Origin: Piedraia hortae CBS 480.64
Taxonomy: Eukaryota
DNA: 64,000 nt
Reading direction: 5' to 3'
Assembly (NCBI GenBank): GCA_010093745.1
Contig: MU006002.1
Coordinates: 1-64,000, forward strand
The notes under the pieces are model-generated. The model searched no databases. It had not been told where the DNA came from and saw only the letters and a program-made list of their open reading frames with translations. How positions within the stretch are numbered: position 1 is the first letter of the stretch; each line of letters opens with the position of its first letter. The translations under genes were made by a program, and so were the position numbers. Positions 8,991 through 22,585 of this stretch are shown piece by piece.

Positions 8991-10269
8991 TCTTTGCATT
9001 ATCCGTTAAGTGAGGTGCCCCCAAACTCTAGTCCTCCGTCGAGGTGATAGATCTTGACGAAGCGACCCTGTTGAGTGTGAATATAGGCGGCGCGCCAAAA
9101 CGGCCAGGGACTATTGGAGGGCTGATAACTGGGCTACACTATTATGGTGTCTCTCCACCCTTTCAAACAAGCCGCTTGTTATTGTTGTATCCCTGGAAGT
9201 AGCCAACGAATACACCACAATCCCAGGGACCATGCTCGTATGGCTTTTGTCGTTTGGCCCAAAAGCGCAGCGAAACTGTCAAGTAAAAACAATGCAGCAC
9301 AATGGAGGAGGGTAGTCCCAACATCCTTCAAACCATGAGCTCCACGAGCCCAATGATATAGCCATGCTGGAGTGGTGAGAATCAAATATGAGGTTTGAAA
9401 AGGTCCTTGTTGAACTTCCATCAGCATCAGCATCAGCATCACCATCCTGCTGATGCACACGTGCCGCTTCGACTTCACGCTACTCCTTGGCGCAGCGTCT
9501 CTTTTCACCTCCATCCCTTCCCAGTCGTTCGACCGTTCGCACCAGCTGGTGGCGACCTTCTGTCATCTTCTTGCTTTCCTCATATCAACGTTCTGTGACA
9601 TATTGTCGCGAGCCCTTTCAGGGATTCCCGCTTGCGCTGGACTTTTGAGTTGCTCGATGCTTCCCATACCCTTACCCACAACGAAGAGGTATTCCAGTGT
9701 TGGGGTGGGGGGAAAGGGGGGGGAAGTCTTCGTCAATCGCATGGCATAAAACGTCTTCTCCAGCAAGCCTCGACTGCTCCTCGGATGCCAGCTCTACGCC
9801 CATGTTCCCTTGCGCTGTAAGTAGTATGGATAGAGGCAAGTCTCCAAGGCAAAGAGTGAGAACCGTCCCATTGCCAAATTCCCTGCGCGTTCGTATCCCG
9901 CGAGAGCCAAATCTGCGTATACTCTTATCGACGTATATGCCGATACAACCTTATGGCATTTTGTTATGGCATTTTGCATTGCCAAGCATGAGCGGTGTAA
10001 TCGGTTATCATTCCCCGGCACTGAATTCGAGGCTCAGCGCTGCGCAAGATATTGTCCATGAAGGAATTCGAATGCCCCAAAATCCGAAGTGTGAGCGGAA
10101 CCAGAATTAGATGCGGAATGGGCCGAAGCAAAACCTGCAGCGGTGATTCATCGTACATCTTTTGCGAGATTAGTTTCATTTTATGTAAGATAGTTCACTT
10201 TTGGCTAGATAGTTCACTTTCCTCAAATCATTCACTTTTGCTTGATTTGTCATTTTTACTCATATCATT

Positions 10270-10870
10270 CGCTTTTGGTCGGATCCTTTACGCAATCCGG
10301 ACAATCAAATCTCACTAGTATCGGATCGTTTTACTTTATTTGTTTTCCATTTTACGTCTATGGGTGGGTCATAGCTCCTAATGAGCTTATGCGCGGCCTC
10401 TGATGGGCGTTAGTCGGCACCACGCGCAAGCTCGGATCGTTACACGCGTTCCGAGAATCCAATTTTACTTGTGTCGGATTGCTGTACACGATCCGGATCA
10501 TCCAGTTTCACTTTCCACGGATCCCTATGCATGATCCGAAAACCCAAATCCCACCTTTCTCGGGTTGTTATACGCGATCCGGACTATCTAGTTCCACTTC
10601 CTGGAAAACACTTACATGTGGAAACAGAGCTACAACCGTTAAATGAGTTAACACGGCACCTAAATAGGTTGACAACGAATCAGAATAAGAACTGATGGAA
10701 TTTCTTACCAGAAGAAAGTTTTTTTGATCTTTTACAGGTCTTTCCAGATATGTTGATGTAGCTGCTACAATGAGTCACGACTGTTCAACTACAACAGATA
10801 TGTAGCTGCTACAACTAGTTACTACTTCTCAATTACAGCTACGTTGTCTGCTACATCACCACTCCTCTCC
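10270..10870. repeat. Clustered short motifs (CGGATC/ATCCGG; palindromic TGTAGCTGCTACA x2), probable DNA-transposon subterminal relics
   Basis: Many GGATC/ATCCG motifs at 10278-10585. ATGTAGCTGCTACAA occurs twice, near 10757 and 10800. Confidence 0.35.
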
Positions 10871-10987
10871 ACCTTGATCACGACTTTTTCCACCTGACGA
10901 TATGGCCAATCCCACAAAAATTCACTCCACATGAATCCATACACTTCTGCACAGGGACACAGCCCCCCTCTACTCTATCCACACAAT

Positions 10988-11686
10988 TTACCCCCCAATC
11001 CTCCTCTCCACAAACCCCCTCTCCAACCTCGCGACCTGCTTCTTAAACGCCTCAACCTCCTCCCAACAATCAAGCGGTCGCCTATCATGCGTACGGAGAC
11101 ACCTCACAAGCGCATCCCTCGTCTTTTCCACTTCAGGATCCTGCGATTTACTCTTCCTTTCCAGCAACTTGCTCTTCAACTGCTCCAACTCCATCATCGC
11201 GTCCTTTGAACTCAACGAATCCCTCTTTTCGGGAGTCAGCACCGGCTTCCCCTGTAGCGCAGCGTCGTCGTGGTAAAACGGCGAGCGGAGATGGGCGAAG
11301 AGGCCCGTAGGTTCAGCTGCTTCGGGCGGGACGAGTTCCGGTGCGGTGGAGGAGGACTCCGAACCCGTAAGGTAGCTGACGATAGAGTCGATTTTCTCTG
11401 CCTGCGTGTCGCGGACTTGTTCCAGGTGTGTGCGGAGACGCTGTTTGGCGTGGAGCTCGGTGGTGTATGCCCTAGTTCGGTCGTTCTGTGGTGGTGGTTA
11501 GTAGGGATGCTTCACGGAGGTGGCGGAGGATGACTTCGGGGGAGCGCTGGAGGGAGTCGAAGAGGGCGTGGCTTAATGTGATGCCTTGAGCAGATCTGCG
11601 CGCAGGGGGGTTAGTGGAGATGCTTTGCGATAGTGAAGGGTGTAGTACGCGTAGGATGGTACAGCAGTCGAAACGCTGTTGCCCAT
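10988..11686 (-). CDS. MIC19: MICOS subunit Mic19-like (DUF1690), spliced
   Basis: MGNSVS myristoylation-type start; DSLQRSPE..ELH; C-terminal RDALVRCLRTHDRRPLDCWEEVEAFK. Two probable introns with CTAAC branch sites. Confidence 0.8.
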
Positions 11687-12361
11687 TGTTTTCCTCGGTC
11701 GGCAGAGCTGGGGGTATTGTTCCGCGGGGAGACGGGGGGTCGGGCCGATCCGAGAGACGTCACCTGTCACATTCATTCGATGGGTTGTCACAATGGGGCA
11801 GGATCTCGGAGATGAAGGACCGTCAAGGGGGTGTGGACACAATGATGCTATCCACAGACCTAAAGAAGGAACCGTTAAGCCCTCCTTAATGGAGTCAGGG
11901 AGGTGTACAAGATGAAACCACAACCCTCCGAAGCTTGAACCCACCGAAGTAACGAAGATAGAAACACTGAAAATAGTCCCTCAGGAGAGACGCCAAACAC
12001 AAATCTTCACGGCCATACTCTGGAAGAAAGCAGGCCCTGTATAGCAATGAGGCGTGTTCTTACAGCAACCCAATCCAGGAACATCCAGCATCCCAACTAC
12101 AACTCCAACCAAACCCCCAAGTAACCACCTCCCACCTCCCCCTCCCCCCATCGGATCGGCCACTCCAACCTCCGTCCGCGCGGGGACGTTCGCGCACCAC
12201 CCTCCGGTCCAAGTGTGCAGGTTATTTCCATCCATCCCAAACGCGATAACCTCGCAAAAATCCCCCGTTCCCCTTCGAACGTCTTTTCGACACCCTCCTA
12301 CGCACACTCGTTTCTTCACATTAACAACATACCATTCACTCGTTTGATTCCACCCAGCAGT

Positions 12362-13528
12362 ATGAATCTACGAAGCAGCCTCATCCTTGCGGCCGCGACT
12401 CTAGCAAGGGCATCGACCCTCCCTCCAACAGCCGCCGCCTCCCCTGCCGCAGGCTCCTATCCCGCAGCGGCAGCGGCAGCGATCCCATCCACCGCATCAG
12501 CGGTGCTAGGAAATTGGTCCCTCGCGTTCGGGCACCTCTTCTCCGGGTCGTCCGATACCCCCAACTGCCTATCCTCAATCTGCTCCGACTTCTCCACCCT
12601 GGGCCACGGCCGCCTCTCCCCAATCGGCCTGAATCCGGATTTAGTCAAACAACCCATCTGCAACGCCTCCGCCAGCAGTGCGAACACCGCCGATTCCCTG
12701 CCATGGACAATCCGCTCTTTGAGCGACATGTTCATCGCCCAACTCCTCGGTGCCTTCAGCGACGGCACCACTGTCGCGGGCGCAAGCCTCTCCGCTTCCC
12801 CCAAAGCAAAGAAAGCGTACAGCTACATCTGCACGAATGCGCGGTACTCTGTCCTCGACGCTTATCATCTCGACTCCGCCCGTGTGGTTAACACTACTTG
12901 TCACGCCGCGGGCACAAACATGGCGCCGAGACCGGCCCAGGCCCTCGCGTCCGCGAATCTTACGGATGTGAGTCTCTATTCAAATGCGGTGTCGGATCTG
13001 TTCGGGTCGACGTGGACGGCTACGGCGCGTGATAAGGCTGAACTTGGGGATTTGTGTACTACGGCCAAGGGAAGGTTGGATGGGTATGCGAGGATGGGAA
13101 TGAGTGCAGATCTTGTGAAAGAGTGTGTTTGTGGTGGGAATGTGTCCGAGATGCCGTCTGCGGTCCCGTCGGCTCATCCTCATGGTCCGCCGATGGGTGC
13201 TCCGATGGGTGCGGGTGGTGCTCCGATGGCAGGGATGAATGCCCCGTTGGGAAGTGCGCCTGGTGCTCCGATGGAAAATGCACCGCATCATCCTCCGTTT
13301 TACTTTCCGGGAATGGACACCTTGCCTAAACGAGGAGAGGTGCTGACGACGACGCAAGCGACTCAGTTGATCAAGATGCATATGACGCGCATATTTGTCA
13401 TTGTGCTGAACGGGATGAGCGATATGCCCGATTGGAATGACTTCCTGTGCAAGAATTTGAGCGTTCGGGGACTCGACTCGTGCGGGCTGATGGGTGAGGG
13501 AGTTTTGAAAGCTGTTTGCGCAAAGTGA
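12362..13528 (+). CDS. Putative secreted Cys-containing protein of unknown function
   Basis: Signal-peptide-like MNLRSSLILAAATLARA, scattered Cys, and a GAPM-repeat low-complexity insert. Confidence 0.7.
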   Translation: MNLRSSLILAAATLARASTLPPTAAASPAAGSYPAAAAAAIPSTASAVLGNWSLAFGHLFSGSSDTPNCLSSICSDFSTLGHGRLSPIGLNPDLVKQPICNASASSANTADSLPWTIRSLSDMFIAQLLGAFSDGTTVAGASLSASPKAKKAYSYICTNARYSVLDAYHLDSARVVNTTCHAAGTNMAPRPAQALASANLTDVSLYSNAVSDLFGSTWTATARDKAELGDLCTTAKGRLDGYARMGMSADLVKECVCGGNVSEMPSAVPSAHPHGPPMGAPMGAGGAPMAGMNAPLGSAPGAPMENAPHHPPFYFPGMDTLPKRGEVLTTTQATQLIKMHMTRIFVIVLNGMSDMPDWNDFLCKNLSVRGLDSCGLMGEGVLKAVCAK

Positions 13529-13678
13529 GCGAATTTTTTCCATGCAGAGATGGGATGCTTTTTTTTCTTCTTCTTTTGGCAGGGACGGTTACAATAGAGC
13601 AGAAAGAGTTCTTTTTAGAAACAGGAGGGGGACATTTAACATTTGACATGCCATTTCTTGGAACTGTGGTAGACAGTT

Positions 13679-14413
13679 TTATTTATCGCCAACAGGTTCC
13701 TCCCCGTCATCAGGCAGCAGGTTCCGCTTGGCAGCCACACGTTCTTGTCGTCGTTCGCGCGCAGCCTTGGTCTTGGCACGTTTGGCATCCATCTCTTCCT
13801 TGATCGCACGCGCACGCTGCGCCTCGGCCTTGGCTTTGTGAATCTACAAAAGTCAGCCTCCGTCATCCCTCCATAATATCAGAAAACCTACATGCTCGAC
13901 AAGAGCGCGCTTGTGCTTGAACGTGTTACCCTTGCTCAGGTGGTACAGCTCATGGTAGAGGTGCTTATCAATCTTGCCGGCGGCGCGATACTTGACCAGC
14001 AGACGGCGAAGGACACGCAGACGACGCATCCACATCACCTGACTGGATACCGTCAACACAGTCCCCAGTCACCCAGCAGAATGACAATACTCACCTAGGC
14101 ATACGAGCGTCAGCCGTTCCCTTTCTCTTTCCAAAACCACGATGACGGCCGATGCGGCGGGCGGCGGTAAGCTCGCGGGCGCGGGCACGAGAGTGCATGG
14201 CCACGGGCTTGCGGATAATCAGTCCATCCTTGTACAACTTGCGGATCGTCTGCCTCGAGTTGGCGCTAGAGATCTCGTTCACTTCGTTCGGGTCGAGCCA
14301 GATCTTGCGTTTGCCGCATCCTGCGACCGACGCCGCAAGACGCTTCTGCGTGCGGAGGTTCGCCCTGCAGAGAGTTAGTATTCCATCGTCCCTACGAGCT
14401 GGAGCGCTTACAT
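13679..14413 (-). CDS. RPL19: 60S ribosomal protein L19 (eL19), 3 introns
   Basis: [27 protein letters not shown]...; the start codon is split AT|GTAAGC...[30 protein letters not shown]. Confidence 0.97.
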
Positions 14414-14561
14414 CGTTGCTGCGGTGAGATTGCGGTGTTGCTGCGGTGGGAGGGGTGATTTGAATGCCAAGCCCACTGCTGTAATTCCGCGCACGGAGCG
14501 GGCCGTTGTCACGTGTCAAGAGACGTGGTCATTCACCAACCACTTAAAAAGTCTAGATAGC

Positions 14562-17500
14562 TCAATCCTCCAGGCTCTCAACCTCCACCCTCCCAACAGC
14601 CATGACCTCTCTCAGATCCTCCACCTCATCACCCTGTAGCCCGAGTCCGCCCTGCCCGCCCTCGGCCTCCCTCCTTTCTTTCGCCTGATTACCCAACCGT
14701 ACCGCAACTCGATTCTGATACTCTGTCAAGCTCCTCTTCGTGTTCGGCTGTAGCGACGCCCCGGGACCCGCCATGTACTTCTCAAACAGCGCACTTTCCT
14801 CATCCAGAACCGAGAAAACCGCAAGATACGCCGCCTCCGCCGCAAGTTTAACAGGCAGGACAGGGTCGCGCACGCTGGAGAAAATCGCAGGGACTAGCGA
14901 CTCCATATATCGCGGCACGATGAGCGAGTTCTTCTCCCTTGTCACTGTTCGGACCACAACAAGCGCGAGGCGGCGAGCATCTGATGGGTTGCCCGGCGCT
15001 ATAATCTTTGCAAGGGATTCGATGAGTGGTCGGATGGTTTCGGCTTCGTCTGTGGAGAGGAGGTACTTCCCCGCTGCCATGACGCCGTTGGATGAGATGA
15101 ATGGATTGTTACTGCTGATTCCATGGATGATGACTTGCCGGATCGCTTCACCTGGTAGGATAGTAGGAGACTTGGCCAGGACCGCGTTGAGGGCCAGAAC
15201 AGATGAGGGAGTCATGTTCTCCGTCAGAATGCGCGTCTTGATGAGACTTGTAGCAGCATCCTTTGGAAGAACACACACAAGAGCAGCAAGCAGCTTCGCA
15301 AATGTGATGTTGACTGATGCATCTGCTGATCCAACGTCTGAATCAATCAGCCCCAGAATAGCCGTCCGTGATGCATCGTTCATGTTCGAGCCCGCTTGAC
15401 TGACGACCTCGTAAAGGGCCGTTAACATTGCATTTCGAACGCCAGCATCGGTGCTTTTAGAGCCTGTGACGAGTTCTGATATAAGCGGATCGATGCGAGG
15501 AGTCATCTTGATCAGAGTTCCCAACGCCCTAGCCGCTCTCGTCCTTAGAACCTCGCTCGAAGGGTCTGCCAGCGACTTGGTAAACGTCCGCTGAAGCTGT
15601 GGCAGGAACGGCTTCAACAGAGTTGGGATCTTGTCTAGCAGATTGTTGATAGTGAGCAGAATAGCTGCCTTGAGATCCGTTGATCGTTCAGATACAACTC
15701 TGATCAGCGGGCCAGTGATTTGCGTGACGAACGGTTTGAGGCCCTCTGGACTTGTCCTGGCAACGACATCTGAGATGGCCAGTGCCGCTTGTGTTCGTTG
15801 CTCGGCAGAGCCGTTCATGAGACCTTGCAAGAAGATTGGAAGTACAGCTTGGATGCCTTTTGGTAGAGAGAACCCGGGTAGTGGATGGCCGGGAACGCCG
15901 ACGTGGTTCAGAGACTGTCGAGTTGAAGTCACAAGTGCCTCTAGCTCATCTTTACGCAGACGTGAAGTCAACGTAGACAGAGCAAGCCAAGCGGCTTTGA
16001 CGACATCCTCATCCTTGTCGTCGAAAGCGATAAGAAGCACTCGGACGAGGTCCGCGTAGTATCTTGTAAAGTCGATATCTGTCTTCTCCACGAAGCGAGC
16101 AAGATGATTATTGGCAGCGGCTCTTCGGTGATGGTCGTCATTCTTGGTCAACGCTAGCATAACGCTCATCATCGTGTTCAGTCCTTCAGAGTCATCAACT
16201 GAAAGCAGAACCGTATCCAGCGCAGCATCCAGCTCAGCCTTGAGCGTCTCATCCTTCGTCGCAACAATATCATCCATCAGCGCGTTGATGATCTGAGGCA
16301 GTCGTCTCGTCATAGTCGAGCTCGCCACCTCCGCCAACGAGGCCAAAGCCCTCGCATTGAACGCCGTCATTGGCGAAGTAAGTAGCGTAGGCAAAAGGTT
16401 CGGCAGAATAACATTCGACCTCGACGATTCCGTCAACAAAGTCAACAGACCCGAAAGAGCAACATCAGCCTGTCCTTCAGAGCGCAAGAGATTCAGCAAA
16501 TGCGGCAGGACCTGATCAATCGCCCTCTTGCCCACAACCCTCTGCAACGCATCGAACGCCTCCGCTGCCGCCTCTCTGACATCAGCATCTGGATCAACAA
16601 GTGCTGTCCGTACAATAGCTATGATAGCACCTTCATAATCCGCCATTGAATCCGACGAAGCTGACTGAATGAGTTCTTTCAAAGCAATGCAAATCCCCTG
16701 CCTTGCATTCCTATCCGTGGCAGTGTGCAGTCCTTCCTCCAGCGTCGGTAGCAACGTCCCCAAAACCCCCTCACCCGCTTTGCGAATGAGTTCTCCCAGA
16801 GCATTGCTCGCAATGACTTTTTGTTCCATATTCGAGTTCGCCAGCCGTCTGATAAGGAACTGTGTGAGGGTGGGAATGAGCTCGCGTAGAGTTCTTGGTG
16901 TCGAGACGAGAGCCTTCCAGACATTTACAGCGGCTGTGCGCACCAAGCCAGAGGTATCGCAGCGACAGATATATAGACCCGAGAGGATTCTATCTCGTTT
17001 TTCCACTCCCAGAACCTCCAGCAGCGACTGCGAAGCGGTGTTTGATCGTTCGTAGTTTTCTGCCTCGGACTTGCCGCTGATGCCCGTGAGATTGAACAGA
17101 AGATCGCCAACAAGCTCCACGGAGCTGAGACGGATGCGGTAGCTGTCGTCTGCTAGACCGCGCTCAAGCTCGGGGAGAAGGAGATCAACGGAGCGTGAGG
17201 CAAAGTTCTTGATAAGAAGTCGAGCAGCACGTAGCGAGGTTTCGCGAATCGATTCAACATCATCTGCAAGACCGCCAAGGATGGCGGGAATGATGCGAGA
17301 AAGGTAGTTGGCAAAGCTCTGGCCAAAGCAGGCGGGTAGGAAGATGAAGAGCGACATGAAGCCTTCGCGTACAGAGGGCTTTGAGCTGGACACGTTCTGC
17401 AGCATTGTAGGCAACGTCTCTTCCAGCCTGGTCGTCCCAAGTCCTGCAAGAACTTCGCTGAGCGCCTGTGCAGACCCCAAACGGTCGCCAGCACCGGTAT

Positions 17501-20500
17501 CAGACCTCAAAGTATGCATCAGCTCTGGGATAAGCTCCGGCAAAACATCCTCTCCCAGCTTCTCAATCAGAGACCCTAGGGCCTTGGACGCTGTGGCTCT
17601 AGTAGCAGGCACCGGATCAACAACAGCAGACTTCAAACCCGCCACAAGAATCGGCAGGTGAGCAACCAAGTCCCTGCGTTCAGTAAGATGCGCAAGACTC
17701 CCAATAATCTGGGCAGCTTTCCTCTTAGTCGTTGACCTCTCCCCAAGCCCTCGCTCAAGGATTCGAACAACAAGAGCAAGCGACGGCGCATCAAGGTAAT
17801 GAACAAAATTAACCTTGATCAACGCATCCAAAGCATCATCCGTGTATCTTGTCGGATCACTCAATGCCTTGAGCAGTCGATCAACCTGGCTCTTCACTTC
17901 GGGGTTGGTAATCACATCCCCGAACCGCTTTAAACTACGGTTAGCAGAAGCCCTGACCTCCTTGTGGCTGTCATTCAGCACTTCCGTCAACGGAGGAATG
18001 ATATCCGGTAGACTGATCGCAAGCTGTTGCGGATCAAGGTATGCCATTGCACCCAGAGAATCGCTCGCGCCCTTTTTACTTCGCCATTGCGGTTCATCCA
18101 GCCCTTCGAGTAGCATTGGCAATATCTTCTTCACCCCGTATGAGCTGAGGGAGGAGAAACAAGTCTTTGCAGCATCCAGACAAGCCTCTCTGACGTCTGC
18201 ACTCGAATCTCCAAAGCCGACAAGCAGTTGCGGCACAATCGAGATGACATATGGCTCGAATACGCGGTTGAGGAGCAGCGATAGCAGCTCGTACGCGAGG
18301 AATGCGCCCTGTCTCTCGTTTGCATCTTTCTTGTTCTCCGACGCCGCACGGAGGGTTGACATTAATCGACACTCCTTCATGAGCACAATTCCCCTGCCCT
18401 TGACGATGCCAGCAAGTCCATATGCCGCGCCACGTCGGGTAGCATACGGCTTCCCATGCAGCGTCTCCTCCACCGTCTTCTGCAGGTAATAACCCGCCTG
18501 ATCACTCGACGCACGCACCAGCGGCGGGAGACACTGTGCAATCGCATACTGCACCGACTCAGACGGTGTACTCAGCGTCCACAACAGCCTGTCCACAACC
18601 TTCTGAATCCTCGCATCACCCCTTGGCAAATGCCTCGCAAGCGCCCCATAAACAATCACAACCGCCTCGTTCACCAGATCACTTGCCTTCGAGCCCGACG
18701 AATCCTTGAGTTTCCCCTCACAAAGGTCCATCAACGCCTCGACCTCCTCCTCTCCGCGAAGTGCAACAACCCTCGTAGCCGCGTCCACAAAACTCGCACG
18801 CACCCTCGCATCCCTATCACAGAACGGCCCCATCTCAACCAAAAACATCAAAAACGGAACCAACTCCTCGGCGGGAAAACACTGCGCTAATTCCTTGAAT
18901 GCGAACGCAATCCCCTCCCTCGCCTCCCAAGGATCACTCAAATCCTTCTTAACCGGCATACCAAAGCGATCAAGCTCAGGCTTCTTAACCTCCGCCCGTT
19001 CCACATACATCCCCTTCAACGTAGCCACCAACCCCTCAAACAACACCGGATACTCTCCCACCGCACCACGAACCGCCCGCGCAGCAGCCCTCCTCACCTG
19101 ACCATCCTTCCACTCCAGCAAATACGGGAGGCAACTTCCCGCCGCATCCCGCGTCAGCGTCAACCCATTTTCCTCCCAAATCTCCCTCGCAATCCGTCCA
19201 AGTTCCGGGACATCATCATGGCAAGCCAGCCAGATCTCCTCGTAAAACCCCCCCTCAGTGAGCGAAAGCTCATCACTTAGCGCAGACAACACAGCGCTTC
19301 TAACCAACGGATCCGGGACAAGAACCCCCTTCACCACAACCGCAGTCTCACCCACCCCTATAGTAGGTGAAACGGACCTGCAAAGGTCCGTGAACACATC
19401 CCTCATCTGGCGGAAATGCGGCGCATACCGCTGCATCGCAGCAATCAAACAACGAAGCAGATCCCGCTGCGGGAGACGTATATCCGCACAGATTGTTGTG
19501 TGGAAGGACAGAAACTCGATGGCGAGGACAATCTGCTCGTCCGCTTCGTCGCCTGTGCAGGCTATCCCGCCGTTGTCTAGGACTTGTAGGATTAATGGGA
19601 GGGTGTAGCTGAGGGTTATGGGGTCGAGGGGGCGCTGCTCGCCGAGGGAGCGGAGGCGGTAGAGGAGTCTAGTCACCTGTTCACTAAGCTGTTCGGTTGT
19701 TAGGTTGGAGGGTAAGGGGGTGATTCCCGCTGCGCGAAGGGTTGCGACGCCGATGAATTGTCGCTGTGCACCCAGACGGGGTGAGATGCGGGAGGAGCAG
19801 TTGAGGTAGCTGATGGAGGCTGCGTCGCTGAGAATGAGACTCGCGCCGGCTTGGATGGTTTGGAAGAGGAGCTGGATCAGGGGGCCAAACCAGGCTTCTG
19901 CGTCCGTGGGCCCAGTGATGAGGGCGTTGATGATTCCGATTCCGCGCTTGAGGTGGGAGACGATGGTTGAGATGTGGTGGCGGATTTCGGATTCTTTGGA
20001 GAGTTGGGTGTTGATCTTTTCTTGTTCTTCGGGGGTGAGTTTTTTAGTTTGACCTTTTTTCTGTGCGAGCTGCGAGCGGAGGTCTGCTTCCCATTTCAGC
20101 ACGTCGTAGTCTTTGATGTTTTTGCTGACGGCTTGGGCTTGGGATGGGGTCGATAGAACGTCTATGAATGCCGTTCCTTCTGGTGTGCGGTATATGGCTG
20201 CTTCGGTGGGGCCGACGCTCGTCAGTTGGGCCGGGTTCAGGTCTTGGGAGATTTGGGCGACGATCTTGGGGGTCAGGATTTCGGGTGCGACGAATGCAAG
20301 GTCGGCGGCGGCACTGTAAGCTGCTTCTTGGAAGGCTTCGTGCTCGGAAGCTGTTAGGATCTGTGAGAGGCATTCTTCAGCGTGCCTCGATGCAAGTAAA
20401 CCCGGATCGCATCCTACATGCAGACACAGCTCAACCCAAGACGCTCGAGGGATGAGTTGCGGTCTACAGAGGACCAACAACCTGACCATCTGGGCGCGGA

Positions 20501-22473
20501 GGATATCCTCTCCAACACCACCGTCCGCAGGACAAATCGCCCTAACGACCCTATACAACCCCTCGCACCCAACCGCAACAGCCGTACTGTCTTTAATCTC
20601 GAGCTTGTAATCCTCACACCACCTCCACAACCCATCAACCACAACATCCACAATCACCTCCGGCTTCTCGAGATACAAACCCTGCAACTCATCAATCATT
20701 TCCTTTCGCACCTCCCACCCCGTCCCCGGGTTCGCAATCAGATAGGCTACCCCCTGCGCCCAAGCATTCCTCCCAGCCTTTCCCTCGGGAAGCCACCCAA
20801 ACACCCCCATCAACGCGCGAGAAAACCACCTCAAATCCCCAACCTTGGTATAAACTCTCGCACTAATCAAAAACGACGGCTTCGGCTCCACCGAAACCAA
20901 CCTCTCCGCCAACCTCTCCCTACCTCCAGTGGACCCCTTCATCAACAAAACCGCCACAGCAGCATACGCAACCGGAACCTGACCTGCCACCACCGCGGGA
21001 TTAGGATTCATCAGTACCTCATCCAAGATCTCCTCCAACTTCGGCCTTGCACGATCCATCAAATCCGCAGATTTGTCTTCGGGAAGCGTCCAGATAAGGT
21101 CCGCGAGTTTCAGTGCCCAGAGCTTCCTCATCGGGAGACGCTTTTCTCCTAAGCCGGTCACGAAGGCGTCGATAACTTCTTTTTCGGGCTTGAGTTCGTT
21201 ATTTAAAGCGTAGGAGAGGATGTGGCAGAGCACACTAAGGATGGATCCTGCGGAGGTTTCGTTTGCTTCTTTGCTTGCGATTGCGGTGAGGGCTGGGAGG
21301 AGTTTTTTGGTGAGTGAGGGGTTCGGGGGGAGGGTTTGCAGCATTTGGGCGTAGACGACTCTTTGGTCCGTGGTTTTGATGGTTTTAAGTTGGGATAGGA
21401 TTTCGTCGGAGGTTTTTGAGACGAGGGTTTCGTTGTGGCTGTGAGAGGATATGGCGGCGAAGGTGTGAACCATGCCGTTGCGGATGGTGGGGTTGGTGGA
21501 TTTTGCGTTTGAGAGGAGGGGTTTGAGGAGGTGGGATACTAAGATGTCGGATAGGTCGATGGTGTCGGGTAATGATAGGATCATGGGGGCGATGAGGTCG
21601 TTGAGGACGATTTCTGGGGCGCGGAGGAGAGATTTCTCCACGGAGGGGATCACCTCGCTTGTTAAATCGGATTTCGTGATGTAGTTCGCCCAGAATTCAT
21701 TCAGGGCGGTTGAGATGTATGGAGGCAGGTGGACGCGAGAGGCGAGTATTTCGCGAAGGTAGAATGATAGATAGTTGTTTTTGCGGGTTTCCACGACTTT
21801 GGGTAGGTCCTTGCAGCATTCGGCAATGATGCCCAGGGTGAGGGTATTGTGTGGAGCTCCCTTGGTGGTGAGGTCGGTGATGCATTGGTCCAGAGCTTCG
21901 CTGGCAAAATCTGCTTTAACGAGGCCTTTGATCGCCCGTCTGCTTACCCGTCGAGCTGTTGATAGTGTTCCTCCCTTTGGCTGTGCGCTAAACAATAGAC
22001 CGAGGGCATTGGTTAGTGCCTTGATCAAAGGTTTACCACATGCTGTCCACAGGGACTTGTCGAGTGCAGCACGCTGGATGAACAACGAACTCCAGCGTAC
22101 CAGAACGAAAGACTGAGCGGGTGCTATGCCAGGCTTTGAGCTCTCCTTTTCAATCTGAATGATTAGATCAGACAACGCATCCCGGGCAGCAGGAGTTGCG
22201 GCAATAGTGTCTAAGCATTGCTCGACAGTGTGACGGGACTGAGTATCAACATAGAGAGGATAAGTATCGAACAACAAAGCAGCAATAGCGACGAGATCTT
22301 CCCGAGTCGCACCTAAAACTAAGTCAAAAAAAAAGACACTGAAAAACTACTTGCAACCTACCCGCAACCTTTGCTTGCAGCGCGTTCAGCTCCGCAATCC
22401 TACGCGTAGCCGAACTGGACAGCAAAACAGGGCTGAGGAGAGCCAAACCCAGGCCATTGTCCTCTGTCGCCAT
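14562..22473 (-). CDS. GCN1: eIF2-alpha kinase activator GCN1 (HEAT repeats)
   Basis: 2571-aa open exon with GAAYGLAGIVKG, WRSKKGA..LGAMAYLDPQQL and PFVTQITGPLIRVVSER. Short first exon MATEDNG... at 22473 followed by one intron. Confidence 0.96.
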
Positions 22474-22585
22474 TCGAATGTGCTGCTCGTAAATAATTTC
22501 TACCGACTGTTTGTGGACCTGTGGGGGGTGATGTGACTCCCGCAAAGTCACATCAAACAAAACAACAACAGAGTAGACTGTAGTC

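Noticed and set aside
14740..22116. Antisense ORFs within GCN1 (similar ones overlap other host genes)
   Set aside because: Shadows of codon bias on the coding strand.
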